In this document: one piece after another, positions 41,561 through 50,543 of the stretch | Numbering within the stretch: the first letter of the stretch is position 1 | How the letters are laid out: each line of letters opens with the position of its first letter | Assembly: GCA_965199755.1 (NCBI GenBank) | Contig: CBDASZ010000001.1 | Coordinates: 768,001 to 832,000, forward strand | Length of the DNA stretch: 64,000 nt | Source of the DNA: an uncultured candidatus Porisulfidus sp. | GTDB lineage: Bacteria; Pseudomonadota; Gammaproteobacteria; Poriferisulfidales; Poriferisulfidaceae | Direction of reading: 5' to 3' | The notes under the pieces: generated by a model | What the model was told of the DNA's origin: nothing | What the model saw: the letters and a program-made list of their open reading frames with translations, nothing else | The model's database searches: none | Position numbers and translations under genes: made by a program

Positions 41561-42675
41561 CGCGCAAGCTCTTTGTGCTGTCCATTTCAGCGCGCGCCTA
41601 CGCGCGTTTGGCCAAGCCTGTCTGGCAACTGGTCGTGATTGACGGCTATGCAGATGTGGATCTGCAGGCTGATGAGATAGTACAGGTGCCAGTAAAGGGC
41701 GGACAGTTCGATAGTGAGGCCGTCGTCGCGGTTGCGTCACGTGCCACACCGGAAGACTGGCTGATCTACGGTTCAGGGTTCGAGAAGCACCCGGAATTGC
41801 TAGATGAATTGACGCAGCACGTGCAGGTGCTGGGCAATTCAGCCGAAACGGTCGCCTTGTGTGCAGCCCCACCGCGCCTGAAAAACACACTCGATAAGAT
41901 CGGTGTGCGATGCCCTGAAATACAGTGCACACCGCCAGATTCCCCGGAAGGATGGCTGTGCAAGCGTAGCGGATGCAGCGGTGGCGCGCACGTGCGCGTG
42001 GCCGGACAGGAATCGGACGAGCCCGGGCAATACTGGCAGCGCCATATATCGGGCAACACGTATTCCGTACTGTTTTATGCCGCTGAAGGCGCGGTGAAAA
42101 TGCTTGGCACCGCCCATCTGCTGCCGCCAGACAAGGCCACCGGCACGTATGTCTGGACGGGTGCTGTAGCACCAGTATCTCTGGATGCTTCTGTAGAGGA
42201 GGAGTTGCAAGCGATGGTGCAGGCGCTGGCGCGCGAACTGGGATTGATTGGCATGTGCGGCCTTGATTTCATTATTGATGAGAATAATTCAGTTCACCTT
42301 ATTGATATAAACCCAAGATTAACTGCAACATGCCTGTTGCATCAGGGGCGTTTCGTCAGCAATTTGCTGGAAAAACACGCTGAAGTGTGCCGCAATGGCT
42401 CGATTGAAGACCTGGAACTTGAGAAAAATACAACGGACGGTGCAGTATATGGCTTGCGTGTGGTCTATACACCAGACCCCGTTTTTATCACGCCCGCAAT
42501 GGTGTGGCCATATTTCTGTACGGATCTGCCTGATGAAGGCAGCATTCTTGAACCCGGAGAACCGGTCTGCACAGTACACAGTAGGGCAGATGACAAGGCC
42601 GCCGTGGTCGCTGACCTGGAACAAAAACACGAAGAGGCACTGGAGAGACTCATCACTGCCTTTGATTTACAGTAA
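41545..42675 (+). CDS. ATP-grasp protein OrfY of the H4MPT cluster
   Basis: SARA.A, D.YADVD, IYGSGFE, GLDFI, INPR; position between mtdB and mch. Confidence 0.8.
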   Translation: MRSGIARKLFVLSISARAYARLAKPVWQLVVIDGYADVDLQADEIVQVPVKGGQFDSEAVVAVASRATPEDWLIYGSGFEKHPELLDELTQHVQVLGNSAETVALCAAPPRLKNTLDKIGVRCPEIQCTPPDSPEGWLCKRSGCSGGAHVRVAGQESDEPGQYWQRHISGNTYSVLFYAAEGAVKMLGTAHLLPPDKATGTYVWTGAVAPVSLDASVEEELQAMVQALARELGLIGMCGLDFIIDENNSVHLIDINPRLTATCLLHQGRFVSNLLEKHAEVCRNGSIEDLELEKNTTDGAVYGLRVVYTPDPVFITPAMVWPYFCTDLPDEGSILEPGEPVCTVHSRADDKAAVVADLEQKHEEALERLITAFDLQ

Positions 42676-42705
42676 AATGGCAAGCCACTGCGTAGTGAAA
42701 CCGTC

Positions 42706-43689
42706 ATGCGCCATTCCATCAGTATTAATCAGCAGGCCGCCCCGTTGGTACGCAATCTGATTGCACGAGCCGATAATCTGCGTATTGACGTTAGTTGGGC
42801 CGAAGATGGGGTGTGCATCGTTGACGCTGGCATCAACGTTGTAGGCGGCATTGAAGCCGGCCGCCTGATCTCGGAAATTTGTATGGGCGGACTGGGGCAG
42901 TCCGCCTTAATTTATCAATCTTCCACGTCCTCACTGATCGGCATGGAAGCTTGGCCGCTCACAATTCACGTGCATACCCAGCATCCGGTGTATGCGTGTC
43001 TGGCCAGCCAGTATGCGGGCTGGAATCTGAACGATAAGGAAAGCGGCTTTTCTGCTCTGGGCTCAGGACCGGCACGCAGCATGGCACGCAAAGAGGAATT
43101 GTTCCAACAGATTGACTATGTGGACGAATACGCGGTCACCACACTGGTGATGGAAGTCGACAGAATTCCTCCTGCCGCCATCCGCGAAAAAATCTGCAAG
43201 GACTGCCAGGTCGAACCGCACAACCTCACCCTGATTATGACGCCCACGACCAGTCTCGCCGGAACGGTGCAAGTGGTTGGGCGTGTGCTGGAAGTGGCGC
43301 TACACAAAGCGCATGAGCTGGGTTTTGACTTGAACAAGGTGCTGGACGGAGTCGGCAGCGCACCGGTGCCGCCGATCATCAATTCGGATATGGTGCAGAT
43401 GATGGGCCGCACCAATGACGCCATTTTGTTTGGCGGGCAGATCAAGTTGTTTGTCGAAGCCACCGACGATGAGGCGGAACAGCTGGCCGTGCAGTTGCCG
43501 AGCAGCACCTCGGATGACTACGGCACACCATTCGCAGAGTTATTCAAGTCATACGATTGCGATTTCTTCAAAGTGGACCCCATGCTGTTTAGTCCGGCGA
43601 GGGTACTGGTGAATAACCTGACCACCGGCCACTCCTACGCTTCCGGGCACATCAACCACGAACTGATGCTCAAGTCCTTCACCGGATGA
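42706..43689 (+). CDS. mch: Methenyl-H4MPT cyclohydrolase
   Basis: ICMGGLG, CLASQYAGW, GSGPAR, EVALHK, GRTNDAILFGG, FSPA. Confidence 0.95.
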   Translation: MRHSISINQQAAPLVRNLIARADNLRIDVSWAEDGVCIVDAGINVVGGIEAGRLISEICMGGLGQSALIYQSSTSSLIGMEAWPLTIHVHTQHPVYACLASQYAGWNLNDKESGFSALGSGPARSMARKEELFQQIDYVDEYAVTTLVMEVDRIPPAAIREKICKDCQVEPHNLTLIMTPTTSLAGTVQVVGRVLEVALHKAHELGFDLNKVLDGVGSAPVPPIINSDMVQMMGRTNDAILFGGQIKLFVEATDDEAEQLAVQLPSSTSDDYGTPFAELFKSYDCDFFKVDPMLFSPARVLVNNLTTGHSYASGHINHELMLKSFTG

Positions 43690-44588
43690 ACATTCAGGGG
43701 CGTTATGCCATCGCCACTGATCAGGCGGGGTGGCATGGACGGCAGCTGCGTGATACGCTTACCCAGCGCGGCCTTCGTGCCGATTTTGTCAAACTTCAGG
43801 AGTGCCACCTGCAGATTGGCCCGAATCACGGGCGCGTCATTCTTCCAGGTTTTGAAGATGCCTTGCCGCGCGGCGTGTTCGTGCGCGGTGTCCCCGGCGG
43901 CAGTCTGGAAGAGGTGACCTTCTATCTCGATATCCTGCATGCGCTGGAGGCGCTGGGCGTCAGGGTCTATAACGATGCTGGCGCGATTGAGCGCAGCGTG
44001 GACAAGGCGCGGGCAAGTTTCCTGTTCGCGCATCATGGCATTCCCACGCCGCACACGGTGGTGGCTCGCAGCCTCGCGTATATGCGCGCCACACTGGAGC
44101 AATGGTTCGAGGAGCATCACTACGCTGTCATTAAGCCTGTCTTTGGCTCACAAGGGAAGGGGCTGATGCGCCTGTCGCGTGAGCAGACGCACCCGGATTA
44201 TGATTTGTGTCACGGTGTTTATTACATTCAGGAGTACATCGAATCCGCCAAGGAACATAGTCAGGACTGGCGCGTTCTGGTCATCAATGATGCGGCTGTG
44301 GCAGTCATGCGTCGTGAAGGCGTCGGCTGGATCAGCAATATTGCCAATGGCGGGCAAGGTTATCGAGATGAACTGAATCCTGAACTGACTGATCTGGCCG
44401 TACGCGCCACACGCGCCACGGACATGCCCTATGCCGGAGTCGATCTGATTCGAGATCGGCAAGGCCAGTTGTGGGTGACCGAGGTCAACAGCATTCCCGC
44501 CTGGCGCGGTCTGCAGGAAGTCAGTGACGCGCATATCGCGAGTTTGCTGGTTGATGGTTTTCTGCAGCACTGTGAGCAACTGAGTTAG
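43686..44588 (+). CDS. RimK-family ATP-grasp ligase (Orf5, methanopterin/methanofuran glutamylation-like)
   Basis: GGSLEEVT, ERSVDK, KPVFGSQGKG, YAGVDL, EVNSIPAW. Confidence 0.85.
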   Translation: MNIQGRYAIATDQAGWHGRQLRDTLTQRGLRADFVKLQECHLQIGPNHGRVILPGFEDALPRGVFVRGVPGGSLEEVTFYLDILHALEALGVRVYNDAGAIERSVDKARASFLFAHHGIPTPHTVVARSLAYMRATLEQWFEEHHYAVIKPVFGSQGKGLMRLSREQTHPDYDLCHGVYYIQEYIESAKEHSQDWRVLVINDAAVAVMRREGVGWISNIANGGQGYRDELNPELTDLAVRATRATDMPYAGVDLIRDRQGQLWVTEVNSIPAWRGLQEVSDAHIASLLVDGFLQHCEQLS

Positions 44589-44593
44589 GACTA

Positions 44594-45508
44594 GTGTTGC
44601 GCTATTTGCGAGCGTACTATGACGAGAGCTGGCGCTTCAGCTCCCGCCAGTTCCTATACGCCTGCCTGCTGGATGTGCAATCAATCAAGCCCGGCAATGT
44701 CGGGCTGCATGGGGAAGGGCACGGCAAAACTTGCCGAGACTACCGGCAAAGCGCCAGCGCCGCCGCAGAGTTAATCAGCCGACCGAGCTGGCGAGTAGGG
44801 CGGCGCATTTGGCGTGCCGCGCGTGCCACGCATGCTGTGGTCGGCTGCAATACCAATCTGGGCGTACTGTTGTTGAGTGCGCCATTGATCGGAGCCTATT
44901 ATCGAGAGTCGCCAGGATCCCTGCACGCATGCGTGGAGCAAGAACTGTCGGAATTGAATGTGGATGATGCTCGTGATGTCTACAAGGCCATTCGCCTGAT
45001 GCGCCCAGCGGGGCTGGGGCAAGTGGACAATGCCGATATTGAGCAGTCTCCTGATATCGGGTTGCGCGAAGCGATGACGCTGGCCGCATCGCGGGATTCG
45101 ATCGCGGCGCAGTACCGGGACGGCTTCGCCACGGTGTTCGAGCAGGCCCGTCCGATTTGGGAGACTTTGTCGCAGCGCTGGCACGATGCGCGCTGGGCAA
45201 TGAGCGGGACTTTTATGCACGTGCTGGGGCAACTCCCGGACTCGCATATCGCCCGTGTGCACGGTGCAGACATGGCGCGCTTAGTTAGTGATAAAATAAA
45301 GAGGCTGTCCGAAGAATTTTGTGATGCGCAAGCGCCACAGATTTTCCGGCAGCGGCTCCTGGAACTGGATGCTTCATGGAAAAGCACCGGGATCAGCCCG
45401 GGGAGCACGGCTGACTTAACCCTAGCCGGGGTATTGGCCGCGCGACTCGACGGGTGGAGTGACGGCAGTGATACGGAAGTTCTGCCAATGGGAGATGATT
45501 CCCACTGA
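44594..45508 (+). CDS. CitG family protein (Orf7 of the H4MPT cluster)
   Basis: [29 protein letters not shown]. Confidence 0.87.
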   Translation: MLRYLRAYYDESWRFSSRQFLYACLLDVQSIKPGNVGLHGEGHGKTCRDYRQSASAAAELISRPSWRVGRRIWRAARATHAVVGCNTNLGVLLLSAPLIGAYYRESPGSLHACVEQELSELNVDDARDVYKAIRLMRPAGLGQVDNADIEQSPDIGLREAMTLAASRDSIAAQYRDGFATVFEQARPIWETLSQRWHDARWAMSGTFMHVLGQLPDSHIARVHGADMARLVSDKIKRLSEEFCDAQAPQIFRQRLLELDASWKSTGISPGSTADLTLAGVLAARLDGWSDGSDTEVLPMGDDSH

Positions 45509-45510
45509 AT

Positions 45511-45535
45511 CGGGGGCATCGGTTTGATGGCCCCG
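45511..45535 (+). promoter_or_regulatory. Hairpin between orf7 and fae
   Basis: CGGGGGCATC-GGTTT-GATGGCCCCG stem with one mismatch. Confidence 0.4.
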
Positions 45536-45573
45536 CTGTTTGCAAACACAATCTGAATTGGAGTTTTTCAATA

Positions 45574-46098
45574 ATGGCAATCGATAAAGTAATGGTCGGC
45601 GAGGCTTTAGTCAACGACAACGATCCTTCGGGAACGATGGCTGAAATCGCCCACATTGACCTGCTGATCGGCCCGCGTGGTTCCGCTGCTGAAACAGCGT
45701 TCTGCAATGGTTTGGTCAACAACAAAGACGGTTTTACAACCCTGCTCGCAGTGGTTGGGCCAAACCTGCCCTGCAAACCGGACACCATGATGTACAACAA
45801 GGTCACCATCAAAGGTGCCAAACAAGCTGTACAAATGTTCGGTCCGGCGCAGAAAGCCGTCGCTATGGCTGTCGCGGATTCCGTTGAAGCTGGCGTGATT
45901 CCCAAAGATGAGTGCAACAACCTCTACATCTGTGTAGGCGTGTTCATTCACTGGGATGCTGACAGCGATGCGGCAATCTACGAAAACAACTACAAGGCAA
46001 CCAAGATGGCAATCGCTAACGCCGTCAACGGCACGCCGAATGTTGATGACGTACTGGCCGCCAAGGACAGCACCGACCATCCGTTCCAGGGCTTCTAA
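45574..46098 (+). CDS. fae: Formaldehyde-activating enzyme
   Basis: [41 protein letters not shown]. Confidence 0.96.
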   Translation: MAIDKVMVGEALVNDNDPSGTMAEIAHIDLLIGPRGSAAETAFCNGLVNNKDGFTTLLAVVGPNLPCKPDTMMYNKVTIKGAKQAVQMFGPAQKAVAMAVADSVEAGVIPKDECNNLYICVGVFIHWDADSDAAIYENNYKATKMAIANAVNGTPNVDDVLAAKDSTDHPFQGF

Positions 46099-46118
46099 AA
46101 ATCCCACACACGGAAAAG

Positions 46119-46147
46119 AAAGCGCCGCACCATGCGGCGCTTTTTTT
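46119..46147 (+). terminator. Rho-independent terminator after fae
   Basis: AAAGCGCCGCA-CCA-TGCGGCGCTTT plus T7 tract. Confidence 0.85.
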
Positions 46148-46191
46148 ATGCTCTGTACAATGAACCTATCTAATCAACGGTATTCTCACTG

Positions 46192-47418
46192 ATGAAATGC
46201 CCTGAATGTGGCATGGAGCCTAATGCGCTGGCCGCGACGCAACTGGATGCAACGCATATGCTGCGCTGCTGCGGGCTGACACTGCAGGAATATGCCTTGC
46301 GGCATGGCGCGCCGCTGGAGTCGGTGGTGCCTGCAGAGCTTTGCGACCGCGAAGAGAGCATTGAGGAGTGGTCGGCGAATGCTGCCACATCTGATCGGCA
46401 AGGCCAGCTCACCTATGCCGCGCTTCATTGCGCAGGGCTGGTTGAGACTATCGAGCAGTGGGAATTGATTCCAGGACAGATTCGCACTTTGGATACGCTG
46501 CTGTGGCTGCGTGACCGCCTGCAGTCACTGGGGTTTGCATACCGTCAGGAGTACACAGCCACAGGCGGCAGCCACCGTATGGCCGCGCGCAATCATCTCA
46601 AGCGTCCTCGCACGAATACGCCGGTACTTCCCTTTGCGGAGCTTTCTGAAGCTGAGCGTCGCGAGTATGCCGCAATCTTTCTGACGGGCGCCGCGCTGCG
46701 CCGCGATGACTATGTGTTTCTGCGCGCACCGACCAGTGCGGATCAGGAGATGCTGATCGCTTGGCTCAAAGAGGCGATGCAGATTGAATTCAAGACACTG
46801 GAGGGCGAAAAGCAGCAATGCTTTGTGCGCACCCATGCTGCGAATGACACGCGCCGTCTGATTGAAGGCTTGCTGCCGCAGTTGCGTCAGATCCCGCATC
46901 AAGAAGCGCGTCTGTACGCCGAAGGCGTGAAGGCCACCATTGTCAAGGAGCAGGGGATTGACGCGGCGCATTTCATCACCGATCATCCGGGAGCGTGCGC
47001 GAATCTGCACGGCGGGCATTACGCGGTGCGCTTCAAGATTCACGACCGCATTGATCCGACCACCGGGTTTGTCATGGACTACGCGGACCTCAAGCAACTC
47101 GTCGGGCAGCGCATCATCGACGTGCTGGATCACCACACCCTGAACTACGCCGCATCGGAATTGACATGGCGCTCCAGCACGGAATTTCTGGCCATCTGGA
47201 TGTGGGAGCAACTGATTGACTATCTGCCATCCTTGCGCGAACTGGAAATTCACGAAACGAAAAGTTCCTATTGCCAATATCAAGGCCCGACACTGGAAGA
47301 ATATTTGCAGAACGGGCCGCACGCGGTGGTGCGGCATTTTCAGGATCCGGCGCTTGGCCGGGAACGCCAGAACTCAGGAGGCCGTCCCGCCTTGCGCGTG
47401 GTCAGCGTGTCAGACTAG
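46192..47418 (+). CDS. Multidomain protein: Zn finger + LAGLIDADG-like region + QueD/PTPS domain
   Basis: C-terminal AAH..C-x3-HGGHY, GFVMDYADLK, LDHHTLN, HET match the QueD/PTPS fold; N-terminal CPECG..H..CCGLTLQEY. Confidence 0.75.
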   Translation: MKCPECGMEPNALAATQLDATHMLRCCGLTLQEYALRHGAPLESVVPAELCDREESIEEWSANAATSDRQGQLTYAALHCAGLVETIEQWELIPGQIRTLDTLLWLRDRLQSLGFAYRQEYTATGGSHRMAARNHLKRPRTNTPVLPFAELSEAERREYAAIFLTGAALRRDDYVFLRAPTSADQEMLIAWLKEAMQIEFKTLEGEKQQCFVRTHAANDTRRLIEGLLPQLRQIPHQEARLYAEGVKATIVKEQGIDAAHFITDHPGACANLHGGHYAVRFKIHDRIDPTTGFVMDYADLKQLVGQRIIDVLDHHTLNYAASELTWRSSTEFLAIWMWEQLIDYLPSLRELEIHETKSSYCQYQGPTLEEYLQNGPHAVVRHFQDPALGRERQNSGGRPALRVVSVSD

Positions 47419-47428
47419 AGAGTCTCAC

Positions 47429-47869
47429 ATGGACGTGCGTGTCGTCACCGACGCTTTTAATCCCTGGGAAGAGCTTCGCCAGTTTCAGGCACGTCATCCT
47501 GATTTGAGCAAAGGGTGCGGTGCCATGAATGTGTTCGTCGGCACCATGCGTGATCATAACGAGGGTGATGCCGTGCGCGCGATGAACCTGCAGCACTACC
47601 CGGAAATGACCGAGCCTTGTTTGCAGGAGATTGCCGAGCAGGCTCGCTCAGCGCATGGTCTCAAGGAAGTACTGCTACTCCACCGTGTCGGAGATTTGCA
47701 TCCGGGGGATGACATTGTTTTAGTCGCAGTGTGGGCGGGACACCGCAAAGCGGTCTATGCTGGCAATCGCGAGATCATGGAGGCGCTGAAGTCTACAGCG
47801 CCGTTTTGGAAGCAGGAAGAACTTCTCGACGGCAACACACGCTGGGTCGAACGTAATACTGAAGCCTGA
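47429..47869 (+). CDS. moaE: Molybdopterin synthase catalytic subunit
   Basis: GA..FVGTMR, HYPEMT, HRVG.L, HR, LKSTAPFWKQE. Confidence 0.94.
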   Translation: MDVRVVTDAFNPWEELRQFQARHPDLSKGCGAMNVFVGTMRDHNEGDAVRAMNLQHYPEMTEPCLQEIAEQARSAHGLKEVLLLHRVGDLHPGDDIVLVAVWAGHRKAVYAGNREIMEALKSTAPFWKQEELLDGNTRWVERNTEA

Positions 47870-47871
47870 GA

Positions 47872-49134
47872 TCAGAGGATACTGTCGAAGGGGATGACGT
47901 CCACGAGCTCCCCGCTATCGACCTGGCCTTGTTCCAAAGGTAGCACGATAAAGCAATTCGCCTGACTCATGGAGGTCAGAATACCCGAACCCTGCATGCC
48001 AGTGCGTGCGACCGTGTAGTCGCCTTGTTCGTCTCGGCTGAGTATGCCTCGCTGGCACTCAACGCGCCCGGCGCGCTTGCGCAAGGGAGTCGCTGTCGGA
48101 ACCTTGAGGCACAAGGGCGGGGCATCTTCCGCACCGGAAAGACGCAACAGAGCAGGGCGCACGAACTGATAAAAGGTCACCATCACCGAGACCGGATTGC
48201 CAGGCAGGCCGAAGAACAGAGTCTCGCCAAGGCGGCCAAAGGCCAACGGACGTCCGGGTTTGATCGCCACCTTCCAGAAATCCACCTCACCTGTTTCTGT
48301 GAGCACTTCCTTGACGTAATCGGCTTCGCCCACCGACACGCCGCCTGAAGTAATCACCATGTCCGCCTGTTTGGCGGCCTCCTCAAACGCACGAACCACG
48401 GCATCCCGGTTATCGCGAATCACTCCCATATCCACCGGCACGACATGCAACCGGCGCAGCATCGCATCAAGCGTGTAACGGTTGCTGTTGTAGATACAGC
48501 CTTCGTCCAGTTCCTCACCGACATCGCGCAACTCATCTCCGGTGGAGAAAAACGCCACTCGAATGCGCCGCAATACCGGGATCTCGCCAATTCCAATGGA
48601 GGCGAGCAGACCTATATCCGCAGGAAGCAATCGGCGTCCCGGCGATAGCACCACGCTGCCGGCGGCAATGTCTTCTCCCGCCGCGCGAACATTTTGGCCA
48701 GGTTTCTCATCTGACGAAACCTCCACCGTATCGTCATTAACCACACGGACTCGCTCCTGAATTACCACGGTGTCGGTTCCCCGCGGGATTAATCCGCCAG
48801 TCATAATGCGGACGCATTCACGCTCTCCGACGGTGCCGTCATACGGTTGTCCGGCGAAGACGGTACCGATCAGGCGAAATGCAGCGGTGTCCTCTTGCGG
48901 CAAGTCCCCGCCGCGCACTGCATATCCGTCCATTGCGGAATTGGCATGACCGGGCACATCCAGTGTGGAGCGAATGTCAACTGCCAGTACGCGATCCAAT
49001 GCTTCCAGCAAGGGCACCGTCTCCACTTCTGTGACTGGTTGTACAGCTGGGCGTATTCGCGCCAGCGCATCATCCGGCAAGATCGACTGCACATCGAAGT
49101 CATCCATGCAACTGGGATCCATGGCGCGTGTCAT
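47872..49134 (-). CDS. moeA: Molybdopterin molybdotransferase
   Basis: SAMDGYA, STGDEL, SGGVSVG, KPGRP, LPGNPVS. Confidence 0.95.
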   Translation of the reverse strand: MTRAMDPSCMDDFDVQSILPDDALARIRPAVQPVTEVETVPLLEALDRVLAVDIRSTLDVPGHANSAMDGYAVRGGDLPQEDTAAFRLIGTVFAGQPYDGTVGERECVRIMTGGLIPRGTDTVVIQERVRVVNDDTVEVSSDEKPGQNVRAAGEDIAAGSVVLSPGRRLLPADIGLLASIGIGEIPVLRRIRVAFFSTGDELRDVGEELDEGCIYNSNRYTLDAMLRRLHVVPVDMGVIRDNRDAVVRAFEEAAKQADMVITSGGVSVGEADYVKEVLTETGEVDFWKVAIKPGRPLAFGRLGETLFFGLPGNPVSVMVTFYQFVRPALLRLSGAEDAPPLCLKVPTATPLRKRAGRVECQRGILSRDEQGDYTVARTGMQGSGILTSMSQANCFIVLPLEQGQVDSGELVDVIPFDSIL

Positions 49135-49661
49135 AACCGGCCCTTGCGCAGCAGCACATTGACGGCTCCGGTATTTCCCGGGGCACTATGAAATCCCAGA
49201 ACTTCTGGGTGCAGCCTCAAGACGCTGTCAGTCACGCCCTTGGCGAGAGATCCCTCTGGCCCGGAACGCAAGCCCTTGCCATGAATCACGCACAGCGCGG
49301 TTTGCTGGCGGCTTTGGGTCTGGGCGATGGCCTGATGAATGTATTCGGCGGCCTGCTCGGGCTTAAGACCATGCAGGTCGTATTCTTGCGGCGCGGGTTT
49401 CAGCCGCCCGGTGCGTAGCGCCTGATATTGGCGATCCAGCAGGCCCGGACGTCGCCAATCCAGAATGGCAGAACCGGGGATCGGCTCGTAGCGCAGGGAA
49501 GGAATAGGGGCGATGTCCACGGAAGTGTCATCCTTGCGCTGCGCTGGAGCAGATGGGGCAGTGCCGGCACGTGCGGATTTGGAGCGCTTTCCAAGCGGTG
49601 CGACGTCACGCATCTGCTCGTGCATAAATTCCAGATCGTCGTCAGTGGAACCCGTCATCAT
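49131..49661 (-). CDS. Smr domain protein
   Basis: DLHGL, VIHGKG, GAVNVLL. Confidence 0.88.
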   Translation of the reverse strand: MMTGSTDDDLEFMHEQMRDVAPLGKRSKSARAGTAPSAPAQRKDDTSVDIAPIPSLRYEPIPGSAILDWRRPGLLDRQYQALRTGRLKPAPQEYDLHGLKPEQAAEYIHQAIAQTQSRQQTALCVIHGKGLRSGPEGSLAKGVTDSVLRLHPEVLGFHSAPGNTGAVNVLLRKGRL

Positions 49662-49787
49662 CCCGTACCGTGTGTTGTTGAGAACTCGCTCCTGCCTTCG
49701 GCTTGTAAAATGCCGCAGCCGGCGGCAGGTGCGGATGTCATCGGCATTTTAAGGGAAAGCCCGCTATTGACAGTCAGCAGAACACAC

Positions 49788-50543
49788 ATGCATTTGCTTT
49801 TGAGTAATGATGATGGCTATCAGGCACCCGGTCTGAAATGCCTTGCGGAGCATATAGCTGCCCTGGCGGATATTTCCGTGATCGCGCCTTCCCGCGACCG
49901 CAGCGGCGCGAGCAATTCGCTGACGCTAGATCGCCATCTCCACGTGCATCAAGTGGCAGAGAATTTCTACTATGTGGATGAAGGAACGCCGACGGATTGT
50001 GTGCACCTGGGCATCACCGGATTTCTGGACTCAGAGCCGGACATGGTGGTCTCGGGCATCAACTGTGGTGCCAATCTGGGCGATGCAGTACTGTACTCCG
50101 GCACTGTCGCGGCAGCGATGGAAGGGCGCACACTCGGACATCCGGCAGTGGCGGTCTCAATGACCTCGCCGGCTCCCAGACACTACGAGACCGGTGCACA
50201 AATTGCCTGCCAACTGGTACGGCAGTTAACGCAGCACATGCTGGACCCGGAGATCATCCTGAACGTCAATGTTCCGGATTGCCCCATGGAAGAGCTGCGT
50301 GGCATGCAGGTCACGCGACTGGGAGATCGCCACCGAGCCTGTCCGGCGATTCGACTGGAGGGAGAGAATGGTGAAGAGACCTGGCAGGTCGGCCCTCCCG
50401 GTGCCGATCGGGACAGCGGTGAGGGAACGGACTTCTACGCAGTCCGTGCCGGCTATGTCTCGGTCACGCCATTACAAATTGATCTGACGCGGCATCACTC
50501 TCTGGCCTTCATGCGTGAATGGCTGCAGCAGGTGCAGTTGTGA
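49788..50543 (+). CDS. surE: 5'/3'-nucleotidase SurE
   Basis: LLSNDDG, SGASNSLTL, GTPTDC, SGIN, YSGTVAAA. Confidence 0.95.
   Translation: MHLLLSNDDGYQAPGLKCLAEHIAALADISVIAPSRDRSGASNSLTLDRHLHVHQVAENFYYVDEGTPTDCVHLGITGFLDSEPDMVVSGINCGANLGDAVLYSGTVAAAMEGRTLGHPAVAVSMTSPAPRHYETGAQIACQLVRQLTQHMLDPEIILNVNVPDCPMEELRGMQVTRLGDRHRACPAIRLEGENGEETWQVGPPGADRDSGEGTDFYAVRAGYVSVTPLQIDLTRHHSLAFMREWLQQVQL

Noticed and set aside
46192-46930. Intein in the QueD fusion protein
   Set aside because: No recognisable Hint blocks; the HQ at residues 236-237 is followed by Glu, not Cys/Ser/Thr; the extra region is N-terminal rather than inserted within the QueD domain
49428-49787. Long N-terminal extensions in the ORF track (surE; likewise cfa 7422, soxY 9506, ccmB 24872, moaE 47216, acnA 62222)
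   Set aside because: Mostly overlap neighbouring genes and lack family motifs; downstream starts match the family N-termini
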